Source: an uncultured virus (IMG/VR IMGVR_UViG_3300031087_000513) (Duplodnaviria; Heunggongvirae; Uroviricota; Caudoviricetes). Taken from it: a stretch of 64,000 bases of DNA. Position 1 is the stretch's first letter, and each line of letters starts with the position of its first letter. The stretch lies in the IMG/VR virus record IMGVR_UViG_3300031087_000513; one strand, 5' to 3'. Both the position numbers and the translations under genes were made by a program. This document shows, piece by piece, positions 8,699-17,652 of the stretch. The notes under the pieces are model-generated. The model saw only the letters and a program-made list of their open reading frames with translations, was not told the DNA's origin and did no database searches.

Positions 8699-9676
8699 AT
8701 GAAAGTCACATTTGCAACCATCAGTGGACAAGTGCATTCCTCCCTCACTGATGTCCCCAGAAACATTAGAACCATCAGTACGAAGAGTCATGTCGGATTT
8801 TACTGTCCAAATTGTGCATCCATTCATGTGCTGACGAAGAAAGCCATGAACTCCATCAAGGCTCGCATCAAATCATCTGATGATGCGGAACTTCAAGCTC
8901 GTGCGTTCAAAATCTTACAACCAGTTGGCATTGAGAAGTACTGCTATCGAGTGTTAGAGACCCTTCCTGAATGGAAGCAAATTGATGACCTCATCAAGAA
9001 GCAGGAAGCAAGTTTCACTGGATTCGCTGAGTACATTTGCTCCTACTCTGAACCGAAAAAGACAAAGCAGCTTGTTCATGTTGCTTGCAAGACGCATCCA
9101 AAAGGACACTACATTCCGAAGAAGGATGTTGTTACTCTTCGTAACGAAGTCAATTTCTCTGACCGTGGCTATCGCATTGCTAAAAACTGGGGTGAGCTGG
9201 GAAGAAAAGCTGTCACGCGAGCGTTGACCAGCCGAGCTTCCAATATCCTGTTTACTCAGGCCGCTAATAGGTCTGAGAAGCCACAGGAAGCCCCTCAGAA
9301 GCCTCAACAGCCTTGTATCGCACAAGTTGCTGTTGAGAGGAATAAACACCCTCTGTCAGCCTCTGAGGCAAGAATAGATGCAACTCAGTTCATCATTCCT
9401 CCTGCGCTGTTGAGTGATGAGCTGGCAGTTGAGTTCTACATGTGTGGGCGAAAGAATATGTACCTCACTGAGGCAGAAGCTTGGGTTGCGATGAAATACA
9501 ACGGTTCATCAGCTGAGTACTCTCCGTATAAATGTTTACACTGTGAGGGTTACCATTACGGACACAGCATCGTCAAGCTTGGAACAGTGCAGCAGTACAC
9601 GAAGAAGGGGAAGCTGTGGTACCGCAAGTTCCCTGGCAAAGCGAACAGGTTCATCCACCGTCTTCTGTTCTCCTAA
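8699..9676 (+). CDS. hypothetical protein with Zn-finger motifs
   Basis: YCPNCASIH and YKCLHCEGYH. Confidence 0.7.
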   Translation: MKVTFATISGQVHSSLTDVPRNIRTISTKSHVGFYCPNCASIHVLTKKAMNSIKARIKSSDDAELQARAFKILQPVGIEKYCYRVLETLPEWKQIDDLIKKQEASFTGFAEYICSYSEPKKTKQLVHVACKTHPKGHYIPKKDVVTLRNEVNFSDRGYRIAKNWGELGRKAVTRALTSRASNILFTQAANRSEKPQEAPQKPQQPCIAQVAVERNKHPLSASEARIDATQFIIPPALLSDELAVEFYMCGRKNMYLTEAEAWVAMKYNGSSAEYSPYKCLHCEGYHYGHSIVKLGTVQQYTKKGKLWYRKFPGKANRFIHRLLFS

Positions 9677-9698
9677 CCTTCAGCAGATATAGGAACCT

Positions 9699-10499
9699 AT
9701 GACAGACCTGCAAACATACCCAGCTGGATACAGCGTTATTGCGCAGCTCAAAACCGAGCAAGGTAAATACCGGCAGAACTTTTTAGCAAGCATCTTCGGA
9801 CTTAGCCCGTTACAATCCGAATCTCGTTCCTGGTACACAGGGGCTCTTGGGGAAATTGAAGTCGGGAAAGCGTTAGATGCACTCAAAAAAGATGGCTACG
9901 TCGTTCTTCACTCCGTCCCTATTGGACAAAAAGGTTCTGACATTGACCATATTGTTCTTACACCTTCACATGCTGTATACACGATCAATACTAAAACTCA
10001 TTATGGTAAAAAGATTTGGGCTGCTGGTTCAACATTCATGGTGAATGGGCATAAACAGCCATACTTCCGTAACTCTGAATATGAAGCAAAGCGGGTGGCT
10101 GAGAAGCTCAAAAACTTCTATGTCAAAAAAGTCGCTCCGTTGATTGTAGTCGTTGGTGCTGAAAAGCTCTCCTTCAAAAGTGACATCAAAGTTCCTGTCC
10201 TGAGTGTGGATAAGCTTGTATCCCACATACGCATGGAAGAAGATGCCCGTCAAAAACATCGTATCTGCACCGAAGCAAACAATGTTCAAAGATCGGAAGA
10301 ATTGCCGCAGGAGATAAGCTCTACAGACTTCTGGACGAAAAAAGCACCAGTTCACCCAGAACAGAACGAACTCTATGAATGGTTCTACAACCTCAAACGG
10401 ACAGTTAGGGTAAGAAAGCTTACCGCTTTCTGTTGGAAATTTGGTTTCCTTGCTCTGGCCAGTCTTGCCGTGCTCAATTTCTGGGTACTGTTGAAATGA
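9699..10499 (+). CDS. NERD-domain (PD-(D/E)xK nuclease-related) protein with C-terminal TM
   Basis: GALGEIEV, VLHSV, DIDHIV, INTK. Confidence 0.8.
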   Translation: MTDLQTYPAGYSVIAQLKTEQGKYRQNFLASIFGLSPLQSESRSWYTGALGEIEVGKALDALKKDGYVVLHSVPIGQKGSDIDHIVLTPSHAVYTINTKTHYGKKIWAAGSTFMVNGHKQPYFRNSEYEAKRVAEKLKNFYVKKVAPLIVVVGAEKLSFKSDIKVPVLSVDKLVSHIRMEEDARQKHRICTEANNVQRSEELPQEISSTDFWTKKAPVHPEQNELYEWFYNLKRTVRVRKLTAFCWKFGFLALASLAVLNFWVLLK

Positions 10500-10522
10500 G
10501 TGAAGCTGTGGTAGGGTAAACT

Positions 10523-10774
10523 ATGCGAACTTTTACTTTCATCCTGTCATCCTCCGATTACCGTTCCCTGGACCGTAGTATTGCCGCGCTGTTCACTGAG
10601 CTGACTCAGCCTGGAACTGAGATTGAGCTGTCCATCCTTCCTGTTGAAGGAAGCGGAACAGAGCGTGTTCAGTGTCGGAAGGTGAAGATTACTTCGGACG
10701 ACCTGCACATTGTTCAGAAGCTGCAACGTATTGACTTGCAGCAGGTTGTTCAGGTAGAAGGTTTCACGGAGTAA
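10523..10774 (+). CDS. ribosomal protein S10/NusE-like protein lacking the long loop
   Basis: LSSSDYRSLD..LP.E and RKVKI...VQKLQRIDL..VQVE align with the uS10 N- and C-terminal halves. Confidence 0.65.
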   Translation: MRTFTFILSSSDYRSLDRSIAALFTELTQPGTEIELSILPVEGSGTERVQCRKVKITSDDLHIVQKLQRIDLQQVVQVEGFTE

Positions 10775-10778
10775 TTAG

Positions 10779-10832
10779 ACATAGAGAAAGCGGTTGACAA
10801 CTCTAATCAGTTGTCAACCGCTTTCTCTATGT
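10779..10832. terminator. bidirectional hairpin, 24-bp arms
   Basis: acatagagaaagcggttgacaact...agttgtcaaccgctttctctatgt. Confidence 0.8.
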
Positions 10833-10835
10833 GTA

Positions 10836-11165
10836 TCAGTTAGTCAAGTCCACTGGAAAGTAGCCATGATTCGCTGCGTTATGCGTGCGAGCTGGTACAT
10901 GAGTAGGGACTGCGCGAAGAACCTTGAAAGCATCCTCCACTTTGTTCAGTTCACGTACCAGCGTAGAGATATTCTCACTACGAAGACCGACACTCATGGC
11001 TTCCAGTGCCTGTGTTCGGATTCGGATGTTGTTCACATCCTGTCCAATGAGGAAACCCCAGAGCATCCCTGTGATGGCGGACACGGCACGATGGTCTCTA
11101 CGCTCAATGGCATTTACTGCCTTTGCTCGATGCTCCTGAAAGAATCGAATCTCGTTCTCATTCAT
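10836..11165 (-). CDS. hypothetical protein
   Basis: ORF coupled to the upstream gene. Confidence 0.6.
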   Translation of the reverse strand: MNENEIRFFQEHRAKAVNAIERRDHRAVSAITGMLWGFLIGQDVNNIRIRTQALEAMSVGLRSENISTLVRELNKVEDAFKVLRAVPTHVPARTHNAANHGYFPVDLTN

Positions 11166-11790
11166 TTACTGTTCTCATTCTCTCTGCTGTAGCTCCTGCG
11201 AAGAAAGCATCCTTCACACTCAGAGTTTCACCTACATGCTCCATGCGCCAAGTGTAGTAATCGGATTCAGTCTCGCGGTGACTCTTCTGCTTGGCATCTT
11301 CTCTGTTATCCAGAATTTCTCCTGAGCGGAAAGGAGGAGTGACTCGGTTTGGGATAACCGTGACGTTAGGTGCTTCGCCACCGAACAGGACATCTACTGG
11401 ACGCGGACCCTTAGTAATTTCTACCCGCATGGAGGAGAAGAACTCAGGCTTTCCCTCAGAAGTCTCAGGCTTTCCCGTGCAGCAACCATCGCATCCATGG
11501 ATGTTGTCATTGCTGCGGTTGATGCTTGCAAGGTAGGCAGCAGCGTCAGCATCAGGATGGCCGACTCCATGCTTGCACACGCGTTCCAGAATCTGGCGGT
11601 CATCACGCCACAGCAGCTTCGCATCGCGCAAAGCATGGTCTGAGGGTCGGTTATGCATTCCGCAACCTCGCGCCTCGTAACAAGCGCTCAGAGGATGAAC
11701 ATTCTGAAGCTCGCCGTACTTCTCACCTGTGGCAGGGTCAATCAGCCTAACCCAGTAGCCTTTATCATTCTGTTCAAGCCAGTAGCTCAT
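11158..11790 (-). CDS. Cys/His-rich phage-type hypothetical protein
   Basis: CGMHNRPSDH, ERVCKHGVGHPD, HGCDGCC; GAGGAG RBS. Confidence 0.7.
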   Translation of the reverse strand: MSYWLEQNDKGYWVRLIDPATGEKYGELQNVHPLSACYEARGCGMHNRPSDHALRDAKLLWRDDRQILERVCKHGVGHPDADAAAYLASINRSNDNIHGCDGCCTGKPETSEGKPEFFSSMRVEITKGPRPVDVLFGGEAPNVTVIPNRVTPPFRSGEILDNREDAKQKSHRETESDYYTWRMEHVGETLSVKDAFFAGATAERMRTVNE

Positions 11791-11845
11791 AGTTCAATCT
11801 CCTCATATAATTATGTTGCTATTCTACACGATAAGCCCGCAAATA

Positions 11846-12142
11846 TCAAACTTCTGTGACGTTTAGGCGAATAATCTTCGCGTTACGATGTTCCGCGTAT
11901 TCCTCAGGCTTATACGGAAACTGCATGGGGAACAGTCTCTCCACCATAACATGACCCATACTGTCCTTCTCATACCAACCAAGATAGGTACCATTTTCAT
12001 CCTCAGTGCAGAGAACTTCCAGGATTTCTTCTTCCGTGGCTCCGTACATTTTGACTGTACGCTTTTGCTGAGAGATATGAAAGTAACGAGCAGGTTCGTC
12101 AGGTTTTGCGATGTTCTCAGCGTACATTGTCCACGGACCCAT
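11846..12142 (-). CDS. hypothetical protein, paralog family B
   Basis: EDENGTYLGW...LFPMQFPY. Confidence 0.7.
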   Translation of the reverse strand: MGPWTMYAENIAKPDEPARYFHISQQKRTVKMYGATEEEILEVLCTEDENGTYLGWYEKDSMGHVMVERLFPMQFPYKPEEYAEHRNAKIIRLNVTEV

Positions 12143-12143
12143 T

Positions 12144-12491
12144 TTACTTCTCTTTCACAGACAGTCGAACAACTTCGCCGTCTCCTGCCGCAACAGCAGC
12201 GTCAACACCGTACGGGAACTGGATAGAGAAGATTCGGTCAAGAGCGACCATAGAAACCACGTCTTCCCCCGCCTCAATCCAACCAAGATACTCGCCCTCA
12301 GCGTCTTCAATCAGGGAGACAGTCAGAATATCCTTCCCTGCCACTCCGCTGAACGCGAGAGCCTCACGCCACTGGCTAAAATGGATGTACTGCTCCTCGC
12401 CCTTCGGGGTTGCAATAGCATCAGCATCAGGGCGACCAGCAAAGTAATCCCAGTTACGGGGCGCAGTAATTTCAGTCATACCTTCAACCAT
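12144..12491 (-). CDS. hypothetical protein, paralog family B
   Basis: EDAEGEYLGW...IFSIQFPY. Confidence 0.7.
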   Translation of the reverse strand: MVEGMTEITAPRNWDYFAGRPDADAIATPKGEEQYIHFSQWREALAFSGVAGKDILTVSLIEDAEGEYLGWIEAGEDVVSMVALDRIFSIQFPYGVDAAVAAGDGEVVRLSVKEK

Positions 12492-12525
12492 AGCATATGT
12501 CAGACGATTATGCTACACTGGAACT

Positions 12526-13194
12526 ATGAGCGACCAATCAATTGTAGACGATCATTACCTTCGTCTCAGCATCCACCACAATCACCTGCATGCAGATATT
12601 GAATGCATCCATCATGAGCAGTGTGAAGCAGCTCAGCGTGTTGCGCAGGACAAGGCGGAGCATCAGAATGACCAAGGTGTTGAATACTACGACATTATCT
12701 TGGAATGGTTTGCTGATTCTGATGCGAAAGTGCTTCGCTCAGGAAACATCAGCTTGTTTGAAGACACTCATAACGGGTTCAACTTCGCTTCCTGGCGCTA
12801 CGTCAATGATGAACATCCTCATCCAGAACAGGTGATTGATGAACTCCGTAGTACTCCTCTTGCTGACCATGCGCTTATTGGCTGGGTGAAGAGCAAGACA
12901 GGTCCGTGCTTTGACATTATCTGTACAACCCGCCATGCAGGAGCGTACTGGAATGAAGACGAAGAGGCAGAATCGTCAGATGAACACGATGACGTTCTCT
13001 GCCTTGGCGGGCAACTAACAGAATGGGTTAATGGAGTAGATAACCTATTCAACCTGTACGGAGGCTTGGAAAACTCTGAGTTCCGTGATGATTACATCAA
13101 CATCGTAGCCGAGTATACCACTGATTACTGGGGTGAGTCTGATGGTGATGTTGCTTGGACATACCTCACTGACATGGTAGGAGAATCCGTATGA
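12526..13194 (+). CDS. acidic hypothetical protein, paralog family C
   Basis: CIHHEQCEA, HP..IDELR, HALI, C...H...CLG shared with the next gene. Confidence 0.7.
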   Translation: MSDQSIVDDHYLRLSIHHNHLHADIECIHHEQCEAAQRVAQDKAEHQNDQGVEYYDIILEWFADSDAKVLRSGNISLFEDTHNGFNFASWRYVNDEHPHPEQVIDELRSTPLADHALIGWVKSKTGPCFDIICTTRHAGAYWNEDEEAESSDEHDDVLCLGGQLTEWVNGVDNLFNLYGGLENSEFRDDYINIVAEYTTDYWGESDGDVAWTYLTDMVGESV

Positions 13195-13739
13195 CAACCG
13201 CTGAACAGCATGCATTGAAGATGGTTCTTCAAGACGGAGGAATGCAGGTAGTTATCACCTGTTTAGGACATGATGAATGTGAAGCAGTTCGCAGGATTGA
13301 AGAGGAAGCAGCGACTGCGTTCTACGGGAACAAGTACTCCCTGTTTGAAGAGTACTATTCAGGTGGAGCAGCTCCTATCCAGTCTAACTTGATTGACCTG
13401 AAAACTATTGACAGGAACGAGTTTATTACCTGGCAGTTCACTGCTGAACATCCTACAATTGATGAACTCAAAAACAAGTTCGCTTCCGACATCGACGGTC
13501 ATGTTCTCATTCCGTACATTGAGTACAATGATTTTGTCGCTCCCGAAATCGTATGTGTTGGACCTCATGCAAACAACAATGAGCCATGCTTGGGCGAAAA
13601 CCTCCGCGAGTATATTGGTGAAACAGGGGAAATGTGGAGCGGTTTTGTTGGAACTGAAGGAACGACGCTTCGGAGCGGACCTATCATCATCAAAAACAAT
13701 TCCGACCATGAATGGGTAATGGTCTGGGATTACGCATAA
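13191..13739 (+). CDS. acidic hypothetical protein, paralog family C
   Basis: CLGHDECEA, HPTIDELK, HVLI, C...H...CLG. Confidence 0.7.
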   Translation: MTTAEQHALKMVLQDGGMQVVITCLGHDECEAVRRIEEEAATAFYGNKYSLFEEYYSGGAAPIQSNLIDLKTIDRNEFITWQFTAEHPTIDELKNKFASDIDGHVLIPYIEYNDFVAPEIVCVGPHANNNEPCLGENLREYIGETGEMWSGFVGTEGTTLRSGPIIIKNNSDHEWVMVWDYA

Positions 13740-13740
13740 A

Positions 13741-13776
13741 AAGAAGGGGAAGCTGATTGTTCAGCTTCCCCTTCTT
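13741..13776. terminator. bidirectional hairpin terminator
   Basis: aagaaggggaagctga-ttgt-tcagcttccccttctt. Confidence 0.8.
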
Positions 13777-13789
13777 CGTTGTTTATAGC

Positions 13790-14986
13790 TTACTGAGCTT
13801 TGTAGGCCACTGCCCAGTCAATGAGCAAATGACCATCAGAAGAGTCAGGTGCACCGTTAGCTGAACCGTCCATTGGACCTGTCTGAACAACCCATGAATG
13901 CATGGTTGTTGGAATGTTTGCAGGGTTAGTTTCCTGAGCAATCAGCTTACCGTCCATGTAGTAACGGAGTGTCTTGCCTGGAACCCATTCAACAGTGGCA
14001 GTGTGCCAGTCGGACCAGTTGCTGATACCTTCTTTTTGCAAAGAGGTTCCACCAGGGTTGTTACCCAAGTTATGCTGGTACAAGTTAGTGTTACCAGTGA
14101 GTTCACCTTCTGGGAAGTCAATCTCACCTTCACCCCAGTTTTGGCTTTCAGGCCAAAGGATGAATGCTGAACCGTAACCAGCTGCGTTGCCTGTGGCTTT
14201 GAAGCGGATACTGAAACGTCCACCAGTGTAAGCCCAGTCTCCTGTGTTGGAGATGAACTGTCCTGCAGCGCCTGCATCAACGTTTCCGATGTGGCGCATG
14301 TGGAAGTCCAGAACACTGTCATGAGCTGTCAGAACTTGACCTGGAAGGTACTTACCGTCACCTGAGCCGTCAGGATACACTGGGAACGTATCCTTGTACT
14401 TGGTTGCTACTTCATTGGTTCCTGCTGTTTTTGTGAAATCTTCACTCATAACAGGAACCCAGTTGACACCGTTGCTGGAGACATTACCTGTTGGTATTGT
14501 TCCAGCTGGATTAGTCGGAACTGGTGTTGGTGTAGGCGTTGGAGCTGGCTGGGTTGGTGTAGGAGTTGGCTGGGTTGGCTGAGTTGTTTTAGCCACAGTG
14601 AAGGTACGAGATTTCTTCGTACTCAATGGCTCACCCTGCCAGTAACCGTTCTTGTAGAAGCACACCCCATACGTGTATGTTCCTGGTTGGAATTTGGTTT
14701 TCCCTACCAAAGAGTATGCCTTTGGAGAAAGAGTCACTGAACGCCCTCTGTTGACAGAGGCTAAGTCAAGATTTGTTCCTTTTGCATCACGGATACAAAT
14801 ACCTAATTTAGCGACTGATGTGCGTGTTGATGATTTGATACTGGAAGAAAAAGAAACAGTGTTACCTGAAACTTTTGTTGAACCAGTGTATGAATAGTTT
14901 GTAGCTGCCTGTGCTGGAATGGCAGCAGTCAGTAGTAGACCTGTGGTACCTAAAACTGTTGCAGCTAATTGCATAGCTCGTTTCAT
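13790..14986 (-). CDS. secreted glycoside hydrolase family 16
   Basis: Sec signal ending AQA, Pro/Thr linker, WP..W..GEIDFPE catalytic ExDxxE motif, WHT...EW...YYMDG. Confidence 0.85.
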   Translation of the reverse strand: MKRAMQLAATVLGTTGLLLTAAIPAQAATNYSYTGSTKVSGNTVSFSSSIKSSTRTSVAKLGICIRDAKGTNLDLASVNRGRSVTLSPKAYSLVGKTKFQPGTYTYGVCFYKNGYWQGEPLSTKKSRTFTVAKTTQPTQPTPTPTQPAPTPTPTPVPTNPAGTIPTGNVSSNGVNWVPVMSEDFTKTAGTNEVATKYKDTFPVYPDGSGDGKYLPGQVLTAHDSVLDFHMRHIGNVDAGAAGQFISNTGDWAYTGGRFSIRFKATGNAAGYGSAFILWPESQNWGEGEIDFPEGELTGNTNLYQHNLGNNPGGTSLQKEGISNWSDWHTATVEWVPGKTLRYYMDGKLIAQETNPANIPTTMHSWVVQTGPMDGSANGAPDSSDGHLLIDWAVAYKAQ

Positions 14987-15113
14987 GAAGCGAAAATCCC
15001 CTTAGATTGTTATGAACAACTTCAGAGTACTTATCTGCGTTTTGTGAACTGACACGCGAAAAAGAGCTGCGTGTTACGGATAACCGCAATAATTTGTTCA
15101 GAACCGCAACAAA

Positions 15114-15956
15114 TTATTGCTGGTCTGTTCTGAACGTGTCATAGTTCGCAGGTAAGCCGTGTCTCCCAGCATTACGAGCCATCCGTAACAAACCGTTCAA
15201 CAATCCACCATAGCCAGCTTCACTAACCAGCTTTTCTAACTCAACCAGAGTGTAATCACGGTCTTCCAATGAAACCAGCTTGTTCACTGGCTCTAAATAC
15301 TCACGCTTAAACTGTTCAGGTGAAGCAACGTCACCTTTCCAGCTGTCGCTCACTCCACGGAAACCGTACAAGTCTTGAATGTCAGCGTTCGCTGTGATGA
15401 TACCTGACCAATTATCCGTGCAGCGCATAATAAGAGGGCGGATGAAGTCAGTGCTATTCTTCGCTAATGAGTAAGAAGGAAGCGCAATAGGGAAAATAGG
15501 GATATGAGCATCTTGCAACCATTTCTGATATGGCCCAACCTGTTCCCCGAGAAGGAACTGAGCAATCGGATGCTCCGTCAACTCATCTACAGGAATTGCA
15601 GTGTCTTCAATAGGAACCTCAATGGCTTTACCCAGCAACCCTTTTACATACGGAATTTCAGTGTTGTTTGTATTGAAGTTTTGTAACGCTTCTATAAGAG
15701 CTAACTTACGTGGAGAGTTGAAGGAAGCATGCGCCAAGTAGTACTTGCCGTCTTTAAAGACAAAGAAATCAGTGGTTCGGGAACCTGTCCAGGAAATCTC
15801 ATGGTACGCTCCGAACACAATACGATGTGCAGCTAATGATTCAACTGAAACTGGCGTGAAACCATCATCAGTGAGTTCGTTCAACGAACCGGCGTAGTTG
15901 TTGATGGATAGCGCTGAAAAAGCGTTCTCAGCACCCAGTCTTTCAATTTTGAACAT
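15114..15956 (-). CDS. hypothetical protein
   Basis: 280-aa ORF with upstream CCGATA. Confidence 0.7.
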   Translation of the reverse strand: MFKIERLGAENAFSALSINNYAGSLNELTDDGFTPVSVESLAAHRIVFGAYHEISWTGSRTTDFFVFKDGKYYLAHASFNSPRKLALIEALQNFNTNNTEIPYVKGLLGKAIEVPIEDTAIPVDELTEHPIAQFLLGEQVGPYQKWLQDAHIPIFPIALPSYSLAKNSTDFIRPLIMRCTDNWSGIITANADIQDLYGFRGVSDSWKGDVASPEQFKREYLEPVNKLVSLEDRDYTLVELEKLVSEAGYGGLLNGLLRMARNAGRHGLPANYDTFRTDQQ

Positions 15957-16002
15957 TAGGTTCTCTTTCCATAAAATACGTCACAAGCTATCGGGTGCAT
16001 AG

Positions 16003-16035
16003 AAAAGGGAGGAGAGACTATCTCTCCTCCCTTTT
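16003..16035. terminator. hairpin terminator
   Basis: aaaagggaggagaga...ctctcctccctttt. Confidence 0.7.
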
Positions 16036-16044
16036 GCCGAGGGT

Positions 16045-16773
16045 TTACTTTCCTCCGCCTTTGCCAGAGTAGGCGTAGCTACGATAGTAGGCAGCAGTTT
16101 CTTGAGCTTTTTGCTCGTTGCGAGCTTTGCGTTCCTCTGCTTTACGAGCTGCTTCTTTCCGAGCTTCAATCTGAACTTTCGCCAGTTCTTTCACTACCGC
16201 AGTTTTCCCGTTCCGTGCAAGATGCTTGAGAATTACTGGTGGTGTCTTGCTGTTTATAACAACATTCGTCTGTACTCGCTCTGAATCAGAGCGGCCTAAT
16301 TTGTTGAGGTGGCCTGCTTTCAGATTCTTGTTCAACGCAAGGTTTGCAAGGACAGATTCATCTGTATCGTTCAAGTACAGCTCAATCTTTTCCTGGTCCT
16401 TTGTCTTGAACACTTCTGCTGCACGCTGAGCAGGAGTTGCGGAAGTCAAAAATTCATTGATAGCGGCTGTTTCAGATGCTGTACGTGAAGTTTTTGCAGT
16501 AGCGAGACGAGCACGGAGTTCATCCGTGTATTCATTATTTTTGCGTTCAGCAAGCTGAGTGTAACCATCAGAAGTCAGATCGTATTCAGCTTGAGCAGAG
16601 TCAATCTCAGTCCGTACAGCAGTGAACTGTTCGTAAGTTCGTGCATCTTCGAGTTTCTTTTTCGCTGCGTTGAGTTTTTCCTCAGCAGCTTTTGACCAGT
16701 GCTGGCCATGGATACGGCAAGTAGGGCCGGTGTAGCAGTATTTGTTATTACCTACAGCAACGCGTGTTGGCAT
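16045..16773 (-). CDS. protein with Cys-rich leader domain and LRV/HEAT-like repeats
   Basis: CYTGPTCRIHG leader; ESVLANLALN and ERVQTNVVIN..TP..IL..LA repeats; AAGGAG RBS. Confidence 0.75.
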   Translation of the reverse strand: MPTRVAVGNNKYCYTGPTCRIHGQHWSKAAEEKLNAAKKKLEDARTYEQFTAVRTEIDSAQAEYDLTSDGYTQLAERKNNEYTDELRARLATAKTSRTASETAAINEFLTSATPAQRAAEVFKTKDQEKIELYLNDTDESVLANLALNKNLKAGHLNKLGRSDSERVQTNVVINSKTPPVILKHLARNGKTAVVKELAKVQIEARKEAARKAEERKARNEQKAQETAAYYRSYAYSGKGGGK

Positions 16774-16810
16774 GTTCTCTCCTTAGTAAAGGTCATTCAT
16801 ACTATTACTA

Positions 16811-17632
16811 TCAACGATGTGGAGAGTTTTGAATGTCATCCCAGGTTGGCGTTGCAACCTGTTCATGTACGTTACGGGCAACCATTTCCCAGTCATAATC
16901 AAGCATAGAATTGTGAGTGTTCCCGAACCGGTCAAACTTTTTCACATCATATGTGAGACGAAGGAACGTACGAAGACCAGCACGTTCAGCAATACCTGAT
17001 TCATGAACTGTGTACGCATCCATGAAGTACGCTTTGTTCTCCTGCGCAATGATGTAATCCTGAGCTTGCAAGTCAAAACCCTGGAAGACGTTGAACTGCG
17101 TCTCATCAACCACAATGAACGGTTGAGGATAGAAGCGAGTTCCACCATTTGTCGTCATCACATAGTTACGGGTGATTTTGTTCTTCGGGTCAATACGAGC
17201 TCCCTGGAACCCGTCAACATGAAGACCGCCATGACGCTGCTGTTCATCTGGAACAACATACTTACAGTCAACAGTCATGTAGGTATTGTACTCACACCAG
17301 TTTGGGTTATGAGCATGCTCAACACCAATCAGCTGCTCCAACAGAGGAGCTAAACCTGCCCACTCCTCAGGAAGCTGATAGGTTTCTTGACCTGCTAAAC
17401 GAACAGGCATATCTAAACAGCGAGGATACTCTGTTTGTAGAACTGATAAGTCAACTGAGGGAAGCTGCTCAGGGGCGCGAGCTTCTTGATATCCAGCCCA
17501 ATTGAAGACTCGTTCATCCTCAGCTAATCGATCAAAGAACTCAATCGTCGGAGTCTGTGGTGTAAGCTGTACTCCTGTTTTTGAGGAGACAACAGCATCA
17601 ATAGTGAACGTTGGATCATGTGGTTTCTTCAT
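16811..17632 (-). CDS. putative 2OG-Fe(II) oxygenase-like (DSBH) protein
   Basis: RHGGLHVDG (HxD), distal HES, RTFLRL. Confidence 0.6.
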   Translation of the reverse strand: MKKPHDPTFTIDAVVSSKTGVQLTPQTPTIEFFDRLAEDERVFNWAGYQEARAPEQLPSVDLSVLQTEYPRCLDMPVRLAGQETYQLPEEWAGLAPLLEQLIGVEHAHNPNWCEYNTYMTVDCKYVVPDEQQRHGGLHVDGFQGARIDPKNKITRNYVMTTNGGTRFYPQPFIVVDETQFNVFQGFDLQAQDYIIAQENKAYFMDAYTVHESGIAERAGLRTFLRLTYDVKKFDRFGNTHNSMLDYDWEMVARNVHEQVATPTWDDIQNSPHR

Positions 17633-17652
17633 AGTATGTCACTATCGGGTAT

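Noticed and set aside
10523..10774. Assigning the symbol rpsJ
   Set aside because: Too divergent, lacks the ribosomal loop and is outside the S10 operon; reported as S10-like only.
14520..14585. Tandem-like DNA repeats here and near 47125-47250
   Set aside because: Explained by Pro/Thr/Ser linkers in secreted proteins.
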